Shown: piece after piece, positions 38,740 through 48,480 of the stretch
How positions within the stretch are numbered: the first letter of the stretch is position 1
How the letters are laid out: each line of letters starts with the position of its first letter
From: an uncultured Gemmatimonadales bacterium
GTDB taxonomy: Bacteria; Gemmatimonadota; Gemmatimonadetes; Gemmatimonadales; Gemmatimonadaceae
DNA length: 64,000 nt
Reading direction: 5' to 3'
Assembly (NCBI GenBank): GCA_963851265.1
Contig: CAWKNZ010000003.1
Span: forward strand, 1-64,000
Program-made: the position numbers and the translations under genes
Notes under the pieces: model-generated
Told to the model about the DNA's origin: nothing
Database searches by the model: none
Seen by the model: the letters and a program-made list of their open reading frames with translations, nothing else

Positions 38740-39798
38740 TCAGCGCGCATGTGCGGCGAAGTAGGTGAGGAGCCAGCGGGAGAGAGGCACCCGGGGCGCG
38801 GGACGCGGAGCAAGCAGCCAGGGCCGGCGGCCGCCCGGCCACGCGTGCGCGTTCCCGTGGACGAGGAGCTGCGCCGCCACGAGCGAGTCCGGACACCCCG
38901 CGTACGCGTCGGCCGTGACGCGCGCCGCCGCCCGCCGCACGACGGGGCCGGCGCAGGCATTCCGACGCCCCCAGAACGCGAGCGCCGCGCGCATCGACTC
39001 CGCGGCGCGGTACGGACCGCCCTGGCCGCGGTTCTCGGCGAGGTCGGCGCGCAACTCGGCGTCCTCACCGCCGCGCACGAGCCACACCGGCGTGGGCCGC
39101 GGGGCCGCACACGGCGCGTCTGGCATCGTTCCTTCGACGCTCGCGACGGCGGCGACGAGGTCCGGGCGGTTGCAGGCAATCATCAGTGCGAGCGTGCCGC
39201 CGATCGAGAAGCCGGCCGCATACACGCGGCGGCGGTCGACCGACCCCTCCGCGACGAGGGTGCGCACCACGGCCGCGGCAAAAGCCACGTCGTCCACCCG
39301 GTCGGACGACGCGGGGGCGCAGCACGCGCCGACGTTCCACGTGCGTGAAAGACCGCCGAGCGCGTCACCGACGAGCGGCAGGCGGGCGACGGTCGGCCAG
39401 CGCGACACGCCGTCCGGATAGGCGACGAGCACGCGCGCCCGGTCGGCCGCGTCGTCGAGACCCGATTCGTACTCGAGCGTGCGCCCGGTCGCCGTGTGGC
39501 CGTGGAAGGCGAGGACGAGGGGGAGTGGCTGCTCGGGGTCCCACGCCGCGGGGTGGTGCAGCCGATAGCTGCGCACGCGCCCGCCGACCGTGAGCGTGCG
39601 CGTCTCGGTGCGCGGCGCCCCGACGACGAGGGCCGGCCAGAGCACGCGTAGCGCGAGCGCGAATGCGGCCGCGCCGACGACGACCCACGCCGCGGCGCGC
39701 ACGCGGCGCGCCCAGACGTCGGCGCGCCGGCGGCCGCCGTGCCGGCGGTCGGCGGCACGGCGGTCGGGCGCGGCGGGCCGAGGCTCGACGGACGTCAT
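38740..39798 (-). CDS. LpqC/PHB-depolymerase family esterase, membrane-anchored
   Basis: RSYRLH, LAFHG, VAYPDG, WNVGACC, DDVAF, GFSIGG, HAWPGG. Confidence 0.85.
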   Translation of the reverse strand: MTSVEPRPAAPDRRAADRRHGGRRRADVWARRVRAAAWVVVGAAAFALALRVLWPALVVGAPRTETRTLTVGGRVRSYRLHHPAAWDPEQPLPLVLAFHGHTATGRTLEYESGLDDAADRARVLVAYPDGVSRWPTVARLPLVGDALGGLSRTWNVGACCAPASSDRVDDVAFAAAVVRTLVAEGSVDRRRVYAAGFSIGGTLALMIACNRPDLVAAVASVEGTMPDAPCAAPRPTPVWLVRGGEDAELRADLAENRGQGGPYRAAESMRAALAFWGRRNACAGPVVRRAAARVTADAYAGCPDSLVAAQLLVHGNAHAWPGGRRPWLLAPRPAPRVPLSRWLLTYFAAHAR

Positions 39799-39910
39799 TG
39801 GGCGGTGGACACGGCCCGGCGCTGGTGCAAGCGCGGTGCGAGCGCGGCGGCGCGTTAGGCCATGCCCGTCTCCGCCGGCGCAGCCGGGGTGCTACGCCGC
39901 CCGCGGGGCG

Positions 39911-39936
39911 TAAACGTTCGGGGGGATCGGGACGTC
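39911..39936 (+). promoter_or_regulatory. ECF-type promoter TAAACG-N16-CGTC
   Basis: TAAAC GTTCGGGGGGATCGGGA CGTC, upstream of the OMP gene. Confidence 0.75.
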
Positions 39937-39983
39937 CAACCTGTACACGCCGTTCACAACGCCGCCCGCATCGAGGCTCCGTC

Positions 39984-40136
39984 ATGCGCCGTCACCCGCA
40001 CTCGCCGTCCGCCGTCCGCCGCGCCGTGCCGCCGACCCTTCCGCGGCTGTGGCTCGCGTCCGCGGTGTGCGAGGCCGCGGTGGCGCTCGGGGCCGCGGGC
40101 GCGTTCTTCGTCACACACAGCACATTTTTCCGATGA
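39984..40136 (+). CDS. Possible 50-aa hydrophobic leader ORF
   Basis: GAGG upstream; stop overlaps the OMP ATG (ATGA). Confidence 0.35.
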   Translation: MRRHPHSPSAVRRAVPPTLPRLWLASAVCEAAVALGAAGAFFVTHSTFFR

Positions 40137-40750
40137 ATCGACTTGCTGCAGTCGCGCTCGTCACGGCTGCCGGCGCGCTCGCCGCGGCGCCGGCAGCCGC
40201 ACACGCCCAGTTCGGGACCGGCCGTACCAGTCCGCTGTCGTTCGGCGTCGAGGGCGGGCTCTCGGTGCCCGCCGGCAACCTCGGCGACAACCTGAACTCC
40301 GGCTACTCCGTGGCCGGCATGGTCGACCTGCACCCCGCACCCGGGCCGCTGTCGCTCCGCCTCGAGGTCGGCTACGACCGCTTCAACTACAAGGACGCGT
40401 ACCAGACGTACGTCGCGCAGATCGCGGGCGGCAACTACTCGTCCAACACGCACTTCCTGCGCGGCACGGCGAACCTCGTCTACCGGTTCTCGAACATGAG
40501 CGGGTTCCGCCCGTACCTCACGGGCGGCGTCGGGGTGTACAACAACAGCGACGGGACCACGCTCCAGTACGGGAACACGACCACCTCGTACAGCTCGGGG
40601 TCGACGACCAAGTTCGGCGTCAACGGCGGCGTGGGGGTCGAGCTGCCGCTCTCGGGGATCACGCCGTTCATCGAGGTGCGCGCGCACGGCGTTCAGACCG
40701 ACTACACGCCGGTGACGTACGTGCCCATCACGGTCGGCTTCCGCTTCTGA
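40133..40750 (+). CDS. Outer membrane beta-barrel protein (8-strand OmpA/OmpW-like)
   Basis: AHA signal cleavage site, RPYLTGGVG, C-terminal VGFRF. Confidence 0.9.
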   Translation: MNRLAAVALVTAAGALAAAPAAAHAQFGTGRTSPLSFGVEGGLSVPAGNLGDNLNSGYSVAGMVDLHPAPGPLSLRLEVGYDRFNYKDAYQTYVAQIAGGNYSSNTHFLRGTANLVYRFSNMSGFRPYLTGGVGVYNNSDGTTLQYGNTTTSYSSGSTTKFGVNGGVGVELPLSGITPFIEVRAHGVQTDYTPVTYVPITVGFRF

Positions 40751-40790
40751 GCGGTCGCCGCCCCGCGCCGTCGGGCGGACCGGCCGGCGC

Positions 40791-42200
40791 CTAACGCGCC
40801 GGCCGGTCCGCCCGGGCGGGGAGCGTCAGGGTGAACGCCGCCCCGCCCTGCGGCGCGGCGCCCGCGGTGAGGTCGCCGCCCAGCGCGCGCGCGACCCGCC
40901 GCGCGGCGGCGAGTCCGACGCCCGCGCCCGCGATGTGTCGCGTGCCCGCGAGCCGCACGGACTCGGCGAACACGCGCTCGTACGCGTCGGGGGGCACGCC
41001 GGGGCCGCTATCGTGCACGGCGAGCCAGCATCCGCCGTCCGGGCCCGGGCCACCGGCGACCTCCACCCGTCCGCCGGCTGGCGTGTACTTGCACGCGTTG
41101 GACAGGAGGTTGCCGAGCACCTGGTGTACGCGGGCAGGGTCGGTGTCTACCCAGCACGGCACGCCGTCGGGGGAGCCGACGCTGCAGGTCAGCGAGAGCC
41201 CCGCGCGGGCCGCGAGGGCGGCGTGTTCGGCGACCGCGTCCCGCGCCAGCGTTTCGAGCGACACGCGGTCCGGGCGTACGGCCAGCCCCCCACCCTCGGC
41301 CATCGCGACCGCGAGCATGTCGTCGACCCCGCCGAGCGTGGCCGTGATGAGCCGATGGCTGCGCGCGAGCGAGTCGGCCTGGCGCGCGTTGACCGGTCCA
41401 AGCAGCCCGTCGGCGACGAGCTCGATGTGCCCGCGAGCGGCGGCGAGCGGATTCCGCAGGTCGTGCGTCACGCCGCGCAGAACGGCCGCGCGCTCGGTGT
41501 GCGCGGTCTCCAACTCGCGGCGCTGCGATTCGGCGAGCGCGGCGAGGCGCGCGGTGCGCAGGCCCGCGCGCGCGAGCATGAGGACGCCCAGGACGGCCAG
41601 GCCGACGAGCACGGCGTCCGTCATCACCTCCGTGTTCCGGGCCCGCGCGATGGCCCGCGTCTCGTGCTCGGTGTAGCCCGAGAGCGCGCCGTCGAGCCCT
41701 TCGGCTGCGTCGAGGGCGGCGAGGCCGCGCGTGTCGACGTGCCCCTCGTGCCAGGCCGCGACGGTCCTCCGGAGGGTGTCGGCGGAGGCGCGGATCCGCT
41801 CGTCGGTGAGCGGCGCGACGAGCGAGTCGACGGCGCGGATGTCGGCCGAGACCGTCGCGTGCGCGAGTCGCCCGCGTTCGCTCGCGTTGGGACCCATCAC
41901 CCGCGCGCCCGTGGCGGCTTCGTACAACTCGACGCCGATTCCCGCCTCGAGATCGTTCACCGCCACGCGGGCGGGGGCGACGTGTTCGGTGAGGCGCCGC
42001 CGCGCCTGGAACGGTCCCACCGACGTCACCAGCGGCACGAGGGCCAGCGCGGCGAGCAGGACGATGACGGTGGCGAACGGAATCCAGAGGGCGCCGGAGC
42101 CGACGGGCCCGGTCGACGCGGGTTCGTGCGTCACGTCGCGCGTCGAGCCGGGCATGGAGGCGAGAAGGGGACCGGGTGGGGCGGAGCGCAGGCGCTGCAC
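40791..42200 (-). CDS. Membrane sensor histidine kinase (orphan)
   Basis: Two TM segments, THDLRNPL, NLLSNACKY, DSGPG, GAGVGL. Confidence 0.9.
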   Translation of the reverse strand: MQRLRSAPPGPLLASMPGSTRDVTHEPASTGPVGSGALWIPFATVIVLLAALALVPLVTSVGPFQARRRLTEHVAPARVAVNDLEAGIGVELYEAATGARVMGPNASERGRLAHATVSADIRAVDSLVAPLTDERIRASADTLRRTVAAWHEGHVDTRGLAALDAAEGLDGALSGYTEHETRAIARARNTEVMTDAVLVGLAVLGVLMLARAGLRTARLAALAESQRRELETAHTERAAVLRGVTHDLRNPLAAARGHIELVADGLLGPVNARQADSLARSHRLITATLGGVDDMLAVAMAEGGGLAVRPDRVSLETLARDAVAEHAALAARAGLSLTCSVGSPDGVPCWVDTDPARVHQVLGNLLSNACKYTPAGGRVEVAGGPGPDGGCWLAVHDSGPGVPPDAYERVFAESVRLAGTRHIAGAGVGLAAARRVARALGGDLTAGAAPQGGAAFTLTLPARADRPAR

Positions 42201-42206
42201 TCGGGA

Positions 42207-42232
42207 GACGCGGGCGTGAGCAGGTTCGTTTA
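42207..42232 (-). promoter_or_regulatory. ECF-type promoter TAAACG-N16-CGTC
   Basis: TAAAC GAACCTGCTCACGCCCG CGTC, ending 6 nt before GTG 42200 (leaderless geometry). Confidence 0.75.
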
Positions 42233-42317
42233 GAACCTACAGGGTGCAGTTGACAGCAGCGGAGGGCGGGGGTTGGATGCGGCGACCATCGCCCGCCCCC
42301 CTCTGCGAGTGTCCGAC

Positions 42318-43241
42318 ATGACTGTCGCACCATCAGCAACGGCCGTGAGGCCCTCCGGCGGCAGCCTCGCCGGCAAGACCCTGTTCATCACCGGGGGGAG
42401 CCGCGGCATCGGGCTCGCCATCGGGGTGCGAGCGGCCCGCGACGGCGCCAACGTCGTGATCGCGGCCAAGACCGACGCGCCGCATCCGAAGCTGCCGGGC
42501 ACGGTGCACTCCGCGGCGGCCGAGATCGAGGCGGCCGGCGGCCGGGCGCTCGGCGTCGTCTGCGACATTCGGTCGGCGGATCAGCTGCAGGCCGCGATCG
42601 ACCAGACCGTCGCGGCGTTCGGCGGGATCGACGTCGTCGTCAACAACGCGAGCGCGATCAGTCTCACGCCCACGGCCGACACCCCGATCAAGCGCTACGA
42701 CCTGATGCAGGAGGTGAACGCGCGCGGCACGTTCCTCTGCACGCAGCTGGCGCTGCCGCACCTGCGGCGCGCGCCCAATCCGCACGTGCTCACGCTGTCG
42801 CCGCCGCTCGACATGCGACCGCGCTGGTTCGCGGGCCACGTCGCTTACACGGTCGCCAAGTACGGCATGAGCATGTGCACGTTGGGCATGGCCGAGGAGT
42901 TCCGCGCGGAGGGGATCGCGGTGAACTCGCTCTGGCCGTTGACGGCGATCGACACGGCCGCCGTGCGCAACGTGCTCGGCGGGGACCGCATGGCGCGCAT
43001 GAGCCGGACCCCCGACATCGTCGCCGACGCCGCCCACGCGATCCTCACGCGGCCGGCGCGCGAGTGCACCGGCAACTTCTTCATCGACGAGGAGGTGCTA
43101 CGCGAGAGCGGGGTCACGGACTTCGCCCCGTACGCCCCGCACTCAGCCGACGGGCCGCTCGTCGCGGACTTCTTCGTTCCCGACGCGGTGTTCGAGCGGT
43201 CGCCGACGCAGGTCGTGCACGCGCTCGACGGGGCGCACTAA
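42318..43241 (+). CDS. SDR oxidoreductase (HSDL2/citronellol dehydrogenase-like)
   Basis: TGGSRGIG, AAKT..PHPKLPGT, NNASAI, YTVAKYGMS. Confidence 0.93.
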   Translation: MTVAPSATAVRPSGGSLAGKTLFITGGSRGIGLAIGVRAARDGANVVIAAKTDAPHPKLPGTVHSAAAEIEAAGGRALGVVCDIRSADQLQAAIDQTVAAFGGIDVVVNNASAISLTPTADTPIKRYDLMQEVNARGTFLCTQLALPHLRRAPNPHVLTLSPPLDMRPRWFAGHVAYTVAKYGMSMCTLGMAEEFRAEGIAVNSLWPLTAIDTAAVRNVLGGDRMARMSRTPDIVADAAHAILTRPARECTGNFFIDEEVLRESGVTDFAPYAPHSADGPLVADFFVPDAVFERSPTQVVHALDGAH

Positions 43242-43261
43242 CGGCGTCTCGGGTGAACGGT

Positions 43262-43285
43262 GGACCCCCGCTTTCGCGGGGGCCC
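43262..43285. terminator. Hairpin between convergent genes
   Basis: CCCCCGC-TTTC-GCGGGGG stem-loop. Confidence 0.55.
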
Positions 43286-43302
43286 AGGGTTGTCACTGGC
43301 GG

Positions 43303-44667
43303 CTATTCGTACCGCAGCGCCTGAATGGGGTCGAGCGACGCCGCGCGCCGCGCGGGCCACGTCCCGAAGATCACGCCGACCACGGCGGAGAACGCGAACG
43401 CCATGATCACCGACGCCGGCGCGACCTCGGTGCTCCAGCCGAGGAACGCGTGGAGCGCGATGGCCGTCCCCCAGCCGATGGCGACGCCGATCAGCCCGCC
43501 GAGCGAGCAGAGCACCACGGCCTCGGTGAGAAACTGGAGGAGGATGGTCGCGCGCGAGGCGCCCAACGCCTTGCGCACGCCCACCTCGCGCGTGCGCTCG
43601 GTGACGGAGACGAGCATGATGTTCATGATCCCGATGCCGCCGACGAGCAGCGACACCGTCGCGACGCCGGCGAGCAGGTAGGTGAACACCTGCGTGGTCT
43701 CGCCGAGCGTGTTGAGGAAGTCGGCCTGGTTGCGGATCTGGAAGTCGTCCGGGCGGCCGACCGGCGTGCGATGCGCGCGGCGCATGATCCGCTGCACCTC
43801 GGCCATCGTCTCGGGAATCTGCGCCTCGTTCGGGGCGAGCACCGAGATGGTGCGCAGGTTCTCGGTGCCGAACAGGCCGAAACGCGCCGTCGAGAGCGGG
43901 ACGATGATCTCGTCGTCCGGATCGTTGAAGCCGGTGGCGCCGCCCTTCTGGGCGAACACCCCGATGACGGTGAACGACTGCGCGCCGAGGCGGATGCTCT
44001 GGCCGACGAGCGCCTGGGGGTCGGTGACGCCGAGGTTGCCGGCGGTGGTCGCGCCGACGACGGCGACGCGCTTGCGGCCGGCGTCGTCGGACTGGGTGAA
44101 CATGCGGCCGGCCGCCACGGTGTAGCGGCGTACATCGGCGTAGTTGGGCGACGTGCCGATGACCTGCGTGCTCGCGTTCGCGGTGCCGAACTGCACCTGC
44201 TGCTGCTTCGTCATCTCGGGTTCGACCGCGGCGATGACCTGGGCGCGCTGCGTGAGGAAGTCGGCGTCCTGCACCTTGAGCGGGGCGCGGTCGGTCTGCG
44301 ACGCGACGCCGCCGGTGAACACCTGCCCCGGAATGACGGTGAGGAGCGTGGTGCCGAGTGAGGAGATGCGGTTCTTGACCGCGTCCTGTGCGCCGCGGCC
44401 GAGCGCGAGCATGGCGATCACCGCGCCGACGCCGATGATGATGCCGAGCATCGTGAGGAGCGAGCGCAGCTTGTTGACGCGCAGCGCCTCGAGCGAGACG
44501 CGGAGCACCTCGCCGAACTGCATCCCGCGATGCTTTGCGGGCGGCGGCGGCGCGCTCCGCCGCGGAGCGGGCGACGGCTCGGGCGGCGCCCCGGGCCGGA
44601 CCGCGGGGGTCGGCTCGAGCGCGGGGTCGACCGACGTGTCGCCGGGCGGACGGAGTGTGACGGCCAT
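43303..44667 (-). CDS. MacB-like ABC transporter permease (no fused ATPase)
   Basis: RSLLTMLGIIIGV, GGIGIMNIMLVSVTERTREVG, PARRAASLDPIQALRYE. Confidence 0.95.
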   Translation of the reverse strand: MAVTLRPPGDTSVDPALEPTPAVRPGAPPEPSPAPRRSAPPPPAKHRGMQFGEVLRVSLEALRVNKLRSLLTMLGIIIGVGAVIAMLALGRGAQDAVKNRISSLGTTLLTVIPGQVFTGGVASQTDRAPLKVQDADFLTQRAQVIAAVEPEMTKQQQVQFGTANASTQVIGTSPNYADVRRYTVAAGRMFTQSDDAGRKRVAVVGATTAGNLGVTDPQALVGQSIRLGAQSFTVIGVFAQKGGATGFNDPDDEIIVPLSTARFGLFGTENLRTISVLAPNEAQIPETMAEVQRIMRRAHRTPVGRPDDFQIRNQADFLNTLGETTQVFTYLLAGVATVSLLVGGIGIMNIMLVSVTERTREVGVRKALGASRATILLQFLTEAVVLCSLGGLIGVAIGWGTAIALHAFLGWSTEVAPASVIMAFAFSAVVGVIFGTWPARRAASLDPIQALRYE

Positions 44668-44751
44668 CTCTGAATCTCCTCGAAAGTCGGCGGGGCCGAA
44701 CGGGACCCGCCTTACGCCGTACGCATCACGAACGGACGATGAACGCGCGCC

Positions 44752-46365
44752 TCAGCCGGGCGGTCGTCCCCCGCCGCCACCACCGCCGCCGGTGGCGCCG
44801 CCTCCTGCGCCGCCGCCCTGGCGACCGCCCGAGCCCGACCCGCCGCCGCCGATGCCCGGCAGCGCGGTGCGGCTGCGGATCTGATTCTGGAACTGCGTTC
44901 GCTGCTGCTGCAACACTGCGGCCGAGACCAGCGCGACCTGCTCACCCTCGCTCAGACCGTTGGTGATCTCGACGACGTCGTAGTTGGACAGGCCCACGGT
45001 GACGACCCGCGGAATGAACGCGGGCTGCTGGGCGGTCCCACCCTTCACGAACACCACCGCGTGCGCGCCGGGGACCAGCGCGCCGCCCTGTCCGCTCCCC
45101 GCGCCACCGCGGCCACCGCCCTGGCCGCCGCCGTTGCCGCCGCCCGCACCACCTCCCCCACCACCGCCCGCAGCGCCGCCACCACCGCCACCCGCCCCGC
45201 GGCCGGTGCGCCGCCCGGCGCCTCCGGCCGCGGCTCCCCCGGCCGCGGCGGCGCCCGCCGGTCCCGCCGCGCCACCGCGGCCGCCTACGGTGACGCTCCC
45301 CGGCGTGTCGGCGCCGGCCGCTCCCGCCCCCGCCCCGCGGTTGCCGCGTTGTGCCTGCAGCATCTGGCGCACCGAATCCGCGTCGAGCCCGAGCGCGGTC
45401 GCGGCGCTGGCCGCGTCGCGCCCACTCCGGACCGCGTCGACCGGCACGGCGAGCACGTTGTCGCGCTCCGAGACGAGCACCGACACGTCGGTGTTCATCC
45501 CGGGCATGAGCGCCCGGTCCGGGTTGTCGATGCGGATGAGCACCGGGAAGAACGTGACGCTCTGCTGAACGGTCGCCTGCGGCTCGACCTTCTCGACGAC
45601 GCCCTTGAAGGTGCGGCCGGGGTACGCGTCGACGGTCACGCGCGCCTCCTGTCCCGACCGCACGCGGCCGATGTCGCTCTCGTTGACGAGCGTGCTGTCG
45701 TAGACCGCGCCGAGGTTCGCGACCGTCATCAGGATGGTGCCGCCAGACGGCGAGTTGATCGACGACGCGATGACCTGGCCGAGCGAGACGGGCCGCGTGA
45801 TGATCGTGCCGGCCGACGGCGCGCGGATCACGACGTTCTCGATGCCGATGCGCGCGTTCTCGAGTTGCGACTGCGCGGCGACGAGCGCGGATTGCGCGTT
45901 CGCGTACGCGAGCCGCGCCGCCTCGATGTCGGGCGCGGTGAGCACGCCCTGGCGCAGCAACGCCGTGTCGCGGACGAACTGCGTGCGGGTGATCTGCACC
46001 TGCGAGCGCGTCGCGACCACCGCGGCGTTCGCCTGGTTGAAGTTCGCCGTCGGGATGCGCGGGTCGATGCGCACGAGCACCTGCCCCGCGGTGATCTGCG
46101 ATCCGGTCTGCACCGGCAGCGCGGTGATCTGCCCCGACGTCTGCGAGCGTACGTCGACCGCGTTGATCGGCGTCACCGTGCCGGTCGCCTCGACGTCGAC
46201 GACGATGTTCTGCCGTGCGGCGGGAGCGCTCTGGATGGCCGTCGCCGCGTCGGCCTGCTTCTTGGCGCACGCCCCGGCCAGCGTGGCCGCGGCGGCGAGG
46301 GTGGCGGGCAGCGCGAGCGATCGGCGGCGGGGGCGCGACGGCATGGGCAGGGGCGGGAGGGTCAT
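44752..46365 (-). CDS. MacA-like periplasmic adaptor (lipoprotein) with Gly-rich inserts
   Basis: LAGAC lipobox, IRAPSAG, VNESDIG, VDAYPG, LMPGM, VEITNGLSEGEQV. ATGA overlap with TolC. Confidence 0.92.
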   Translation of the reverse strand: MTLPPLPMPSRPRRRSLALPATLAAAATLAGACAKKQADAATAIQSAPAARQNIVVDVEATGTVTPINAVDVRSQTSGQITALPVQTGSQITAGQVLVRIDPRIPTANFNQANAAVVATRSQVQITRTQFVRDTALLRQGVLTAPDIEAARLAYANAQSALVAAQSQLENARIGIENVVIRAPSAGTIITRPVSLGQVIASSINSPSGGTILMTVANLGAVYDSTLVNESDIGRVRSGQEARVTVDAYPGRTFKGVVEKVEPQATVQQSVTFFPVLIRIDNPDRALMPGMNTDVSVLVSERDNVLAVPVDAVRSGRDAASAATALGLDADSVRQMLQAQRGNRGAGAGAAGADTPGSVTVGGRGGAAGPAGAAAAGGAAAGGAGRRTGRGAGGGGGGAAGGGGGGGAGGGNGGGQGGGRGGAGSGQGGALVPGAHAVVFVKGGTAQQPAFIPRVVTVGLSNYDVVEITNGLSEGEQVALVSAAVLQQQRTQFQNQIRSRTALPGIGGGGSGSGGRQGGGAGGGATGGGGGGGGRPPG

Positions 46366-47687
46366 TGGTTGCCGCCGACGAGCGCTTCGAGCTGCGCCCG
46401 CGCGGACCGCGCGGAGAAGCGCGCCTGCACGAGTCCGAGCCGCGCCTGGGTGAGCGTCGTCTGTGCGGTGAGCACGTCGAGCGAGGTGGCGACGCCGAGC
46501 TGGTATCGCTGGCGCTGCACGCGCAGGTTCTCCTCGCCGGCGGCGATGGCCTGCGCCTGGGTCGCCTCCTGCTGCCCCGCGGTGCGGAGCTCGGTCAGCG
46601 CCTGCACCAGCGTCTGCTGCGCGGCCAGCTCCTGGTCGCGCACCGAGGCCTCGCTGTTGGCGTAGTTGACCTCGGCGTTGGCCACATTGGTGGCCGTGTT
46701 CAGCTGATCGAAGACGGGCAGCGTGATCGCGAGCCGCAGCTGCCCGCTTGGCACGTAGCTCCCCGAGAAGATGTCGAGCGTGCTCGCCGCGCCGGTGAGG
46801 TTGCGGCCGTAGCTGACCGACAGGTTGGGGAAGTACGCGGCGCGTGCGGAGCGCGACTGGTTGCGCGCCTGTTCCACCGACGCCCGCGCCTGCCGCACCG
46901 CGGGCCCCGTGGCGGCGAGGCGTGCGAGCCCGGCGCTGTCGATGGTGAACGCGGTGTCGGGCGGCAACCCGCCGACCGTCGCGCTCACCGGCGCGTCGGA
47001 GCCGATCACGCGGGTGAGGGTCGCGTCGGCGTTGGCCCGGTTGCTGGCGGCGGTGATCGCGGCGAGCTGCGCCTGCCCGACGGCGATCACCGCCTGCAGC
47101 GAGTCGCTGCGCGTGGCGGTCTGGGCGCGGAGCCGCACCGTGGCCAGGGTGAGCTGCGTCTGCGCCTGGGCGAGCTGGTCGCGCGCGGCCGCTTCGGTCT
47201 CGCGTGCGGCCAGCGCGGCGAAGTACTGCTGCTTGACCGAGAGGGCGAGGCTCGCCCCGGTCGACTGGGTGTTTGCGCCGGCGGCGGCCTCCTGCGCCCG
47301 CGCGGCGCGCACGTCGTACACGCGCCTGAAGCCGTCGAACAGGGTGAGCGACGCCGTGAACCCGGTCGTGGTCTGGTACGCGCCGCTCACGATCTCGCCC
47401 GTCTGCGTGTTGACGCGCTGCGTGACGTTGATCTGGCGCGTGAGCCCGCCCGTGACCTGCACGGCGGGGAGGAACTGCGCGTACGCGCCCCGGAGGGCGA
47501 CGCTGCCGGCGCGCACGAGGCCGCGCGCCTGGATGGCGCCGGGCGCGGCCCGCTGCGCCGTCTTGATGGCGTCGGCAAGCGAGATCGGGCGGCCGGTCGC
47601 GCTGTCGGAGGCGAGCGTTCCGGGCGCGGCGACGAGATCGCTCGCGACCGGCGGCAGCGTCGCGGGCAGTTGAGCAGCGAAGAGCAT
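46362..47687 (-). CDS. TolC family outer membrane factor
   Basis: ISLADAIK, LTLFDG, ITLPVF, RYQLGVATSLDVLTAQ. Confidence 0.92.
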   Translation of the reverse strand: MLFAAQLPATLPPVASDLVAAPGTLASDSATGRPISLADAIKTAQRAAPGAIQARGLVRAGSVALRGAYAQFLPAVQVTGGLTRQINVTQRVNTQTGEIVSGAYQTTTGFTASLTLFDGFRRVYDVRAARAQEAAAGANTQSTGASLALSVKQQYFAALAARETEAAARDQLAQAQTQLTLATVRLRAQTATRSDSLQAVIAVGQAQLAAITAASNRANADATLTRVIGSDAPVSATVGGLPPDTAFTIDSAGLARLAATGPAVRQARASVEQARNQSRSARAAYFPNLSVSYGRNLTGAASTLDIFSGSYVPSGQLRLAITLPVFDQLNTATNVANAEVNYANSEASVRDQELAAQQTLVQALTELRTAGQQEATQAQAIAAGEENLRVQRQRYQLGVATSLDVLTAQTTLTQARLGLVQARFSARSARAQLEALVGGNQ

Positions 47688-47748
47688 GGCGGGGGTGCAG
47701 GCGAATGCGGCCGAGCGGTGACGCGCACCGCCCGGCCTTCGACACGTC

Positions 47749-47774
47749 AACGCACGGCGGCGGCGAAGCGTTTA
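47749..47774 (-). promoter_or_regulatory. ECF-type promoter TAAACG-N16-CGTT
   Basis: TAAAC GCTTCGCCGCCGCCGTG CGTT, upstream of tolC-macA-macB. Confidence 0.75.
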
Positions 47775-47806
47775 GCGCCGCCGCCTTCGCACCCGCACCG
47801 TACTGC

Positions 47807-48394
47807 TTACGGCGTGCCCATACGCCCGCCCGACATGCCCCCGCCGCCGCGCGGTGCGCTCCGCGCCGCGCCGCTCAACTGCGCCTCGGCGAACGCGCTG
47901 CGGCGCATGTCGTCCTCCATCTTCGCGGCGCGCGCCCGCTGCTCCGGATTCAGCGCGGCCAGCGCGTCCTCGCGCGCCTGCGCCTCGGCGTCGCGCTGCG
48001 CACGGAGCGCGGCCGCCCGCGCGCGCAGCCGATCGCGCATGGCGACCCGATCGCTGTCGCTCATCGTCGTCCACACGTTCGGATCGCTCGGCGGCTTGAG
48101 CGAGGCGGCGCGCGCGCTGAGCGTGTCGACCGCCGCATCGCGGCGCACCTTGGCCGCGCTCACGCGCCCGACCTGCTCCGGGTTGAGCCCCAGGTCCGCA
48201 CGCCGCTCGAGCACCACGTCGACGAGATTGATGGTGTTCGGATCGCGCTTGGGACGTGCGTCCGCGCTATCCCGGTTGTCGCCGCCGCCGCGCGAACGGC
48301 CACCGCTGAACTGCGCGCGCGCGGGCAGGGCGGCGCCGGCGAGCGCGGCGAACGCGACCACGACCGGGGTCACGCGAGAGAAGCGGTGCGACAT
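47807..48394 (-). CDS. Secreted Spy/CpxP-like (LTxxQ) protein
   Basis: ARA signal cleavage site; LGLNPEQ and ALNPEQ motifs flanking helical segments. Confidence 0.72.
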   Translation of the reverse strand: MSHRFSRVTPVVVAFAALAGAALPARAQFSGGRSRGGGDNRDSADARPKRDPNTINLVDVVLERRADLGLNPEQVGRVSAAKVRRDAAVDTLSARAASLKPPSDPNVWTTMSDSDRVAMRDRLRARAAALRAQRDAEAQAREDALAALNPEQRARAAKMEDDMRRSAFAEAQLSGAARSAPRGGGGMSGGRMGTP

Positions 48395-48417
48395 GGAAGC
48401 GGCAGGCTGCGAGGGGA

Positions 48418-48460
48418 ACGGACGGGGAGCGCGGCAAACTACCCCGCGCTCCCCGTCCGT
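48418..48460. terminator. 17-bp hairpin downstream of the lipoprotein gene
   Basis: ACGGACGGGGAGCGCGG / CCGCGCTCCCCGTCCGT perfect stem with a 9-nt loop. Confidence 0.75.
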
Positions 48461-48480
48461 GTGCCGTAGTCAGCCGCCGA

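Noticed and set aside
46366..47745. 997-aa ORF as a TolC-adaptor fusion
   Set aside because: TolC is in another frame; the adaptor starts at ATG 46365.
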